This document shows, in pieces, positions 62,954 to 64,000 of a DNA stretch of 64,000 nt (positions are counted from its first letter, which is position 1; each line of letters starts with the position of its first letter). Made by a program: the position numbers and the translations under genes. Origin of the DNA: a bacterium (GTDB taxonomy: Bacteria > Zixibacteria > MSB-5A5 > GN15 > FEB-12); assembly GCA_016708025.1 (NCBI GenBank), contig JADJGQ010000001.1:515153-579152 (forward strand), read 5' to 3'. The notes under the pieces were generated by a model that was given only the letters and a program-made list of their open reading frames with translations, searched no databases and was not told where the DNA came from.

Positions 62954-63700
62954 ATGGAACTCAAAGGAAAAGTTGCGTTTGTTACCGGGGGGACACGCGG
63001 TATCGGACTTGCGGTGGCCGAACGTCTGGCCAAACGGGGTGCCGATGTCATCATTAGTTACTTCCGCAGTCGTCAATCGGCCAATGAAGCAGTCGAAAAG
63101 ATCAAAGCGTATGGTGTAGAGTGTTATGCGCACCGCGCCAATATGGGGAATCATGATCAGATCCCGGCGATCTTCGACGGCATCAAGTCAAAGTTTGGTA
63201 AGCTCGATATTCTGATCTCCAACGCCGCCCTGGGCTTGTATACTTCCATGCTTGAGATCGACGACAAGGCATGGGACCTTTCCATGCATACCAATGCCCG
63301 CGCATTTCTCAACTGCGTGCAGTTGGCGTCGCCGATTATGCCGAATCACAGCCGGATAGTCACGCTATCATCGCTCGGATCCATTCGCTATATCCCAGGG
63401 TACGCTGCGATCGGCGTCTCTAAAGCCGCGATTGAAAATATGGTGAAGTATATGGCGATAGAATTGGCGGCTCGCCATATCACCGTCAACTGTGTCTCGG
63501 GCGGGTTCATTGATACCAGCGCTCTGAAGGTGTTTCCGAACTACGAACAGATGAAGCGCGAGGTCTCTGACCGGACGCCGTTCAAACGGATCGGAACTCC
63601 CGAGGAAGTGGCGGATGTGGTGGTCTTTATGGCCAGCCCACAGGCCTCATGGATAACCGGTCAGACGGTGATAGTCGATGGCGGCTATTCGCTGATGTAG
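62954..63700 (+). CDS. fabL: SDR-family enoyl-[acyl-carrier-protein] reductase, FabL-like
   Basis: AFVTGGTRGIG cofactor motif. SSLGSIRYIPGYAAIGVSKAA catalytic Tyr/Lys region. VSGGFIDTSALKVFPN and GQTVIVDGGYSLM closely follow the B. subtilis FabL pattern. Confidence 0.75.
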   Translation: MELKGKVAFVTGGTRGIGLAVAERLAKRGADVIISYFRSRQSANEAVEKIKAYGVECYAHRANMGNHDQIPAIFDGIKSKFGKLDILISNAALGLYTSMLEIDDKAWDLSMHTNARAFLNCVQLASPIMPNHSRIVTLSSLGSIRYIPGYAAIGVSKAAIENMVKYMAIELAARHITVNCVSGGFIDTSALKVFPNYEQMKREVSDRTPFKRIGTPEEVADVVVFMASPQASWITGQTVIVDGGYSLM

Positions 63701-63718
63701 AGCCTGGTCAAACCCAAT

Positions 63719-64000
63719 ATGAGTCCATTGCTTCTCGATCTGATCTTCGTCGTTTGCGCAATCGCTGCGATCTATGCCGGATACAAGCGCGGGTTTCTGG
63801 GTCAGGTGGTCTGGTTGGTTTCATCGTTTATTGGATTCGGTCTTGCCGCTCGATTTTCGGCTGATCTTGCGGAATTGTTCGGGTACGGGATAGTCAGCAA
63901 GCCGATCACGATTGCAGTCTCGTTTCTACTCATCTTTGTTCTCGCGATCTGGCTGGCACGCATGATCGGAAAATGGGTTACCGGGATGATCAAAGAGTCT
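63719..64000 (+). CDS. cvpA: CvpA-family membrane protein, N-terminal part (runs off the window)
   Basis: ATG 63719 opens a frame that stays open to the window end. MSPLLLDLIFVVCAIAAIYAGYKRGFLGQVVWLVSSFIGFGLA has the CvpA layout. It is absent from the ORF track because no stop is reached. Confidence 0.55.
   Translation, partial: MSPLLLDLIFVVCAIAAIYAGYKRGFLGQVVWLVSSFIGFGLAARFSADLAELFGYGIVSKPITIAVSFLLIFVLAIWLARMIGKWVTGMIKES

Overview
Densely coding 64-kb chromosomal segment from a diderm bacterium. The Tol-Pal cluster and an Omp85-type barrel support a diderm. Rubrerythrin-like genes, PPDK and an ADP-forming acetyl-CoA synthetase suggest an anaerobic or microaerophilic lifestyle; this is inference only. 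I recognised no rRNA, tRNA, CRISPR array, transposase or prophage genes. Housekeeping content: the 3' end of nuoN, an M16 peptidase, purF, ligA, a tolQ-tolR-tonB/tolA-like-tolB-pal cluster followed by two tandem ybgF/cpoB paralogues, ppdK, a fused acetyl-CoA synthetase, nadA, an E2 acyltransferase-lipB-fabL group, and a peroxide-stress cluster. Signalling content: a GAF-DHp protein lacking an ATPase domain, a GAF-PAS histidine kinase co-transcribed with a TPR Ser/Thr kinase, a STAS/anti-sigma-kinase/PP2C partner-switching module, and a hybrid CHASE4-like histidine kinase. The stand-out feature is an ~11-kb, 12-gene, same-strand operon at 35.7-46.7 kb. It consists of three tandem paralogous copies of one four-gene module (A-B-C-D). 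All four products are membrane proteins, and I cannot tie any of them to a characterised family. The operon has its own upstream regulatory region and a strong terminator. This is my best candidate for an undescribed multi-subunit envelope system. A second candidate is a PqqD-like/M50 protease/HlyD adaptor fusion protein (9.4-11.7 kb), followed by a stand-alone 25-codon peptide gene with its own promoter, a near-perfect Shine-Dalgarno and a terminator. Four genes between 7.7 and 26 kb, including essential ligA, are interrupted by single-base frameshifts; this most likely reflects sequence or assembly errors. All calls rest on reading the translations and motifs by eye; no database search was possible.
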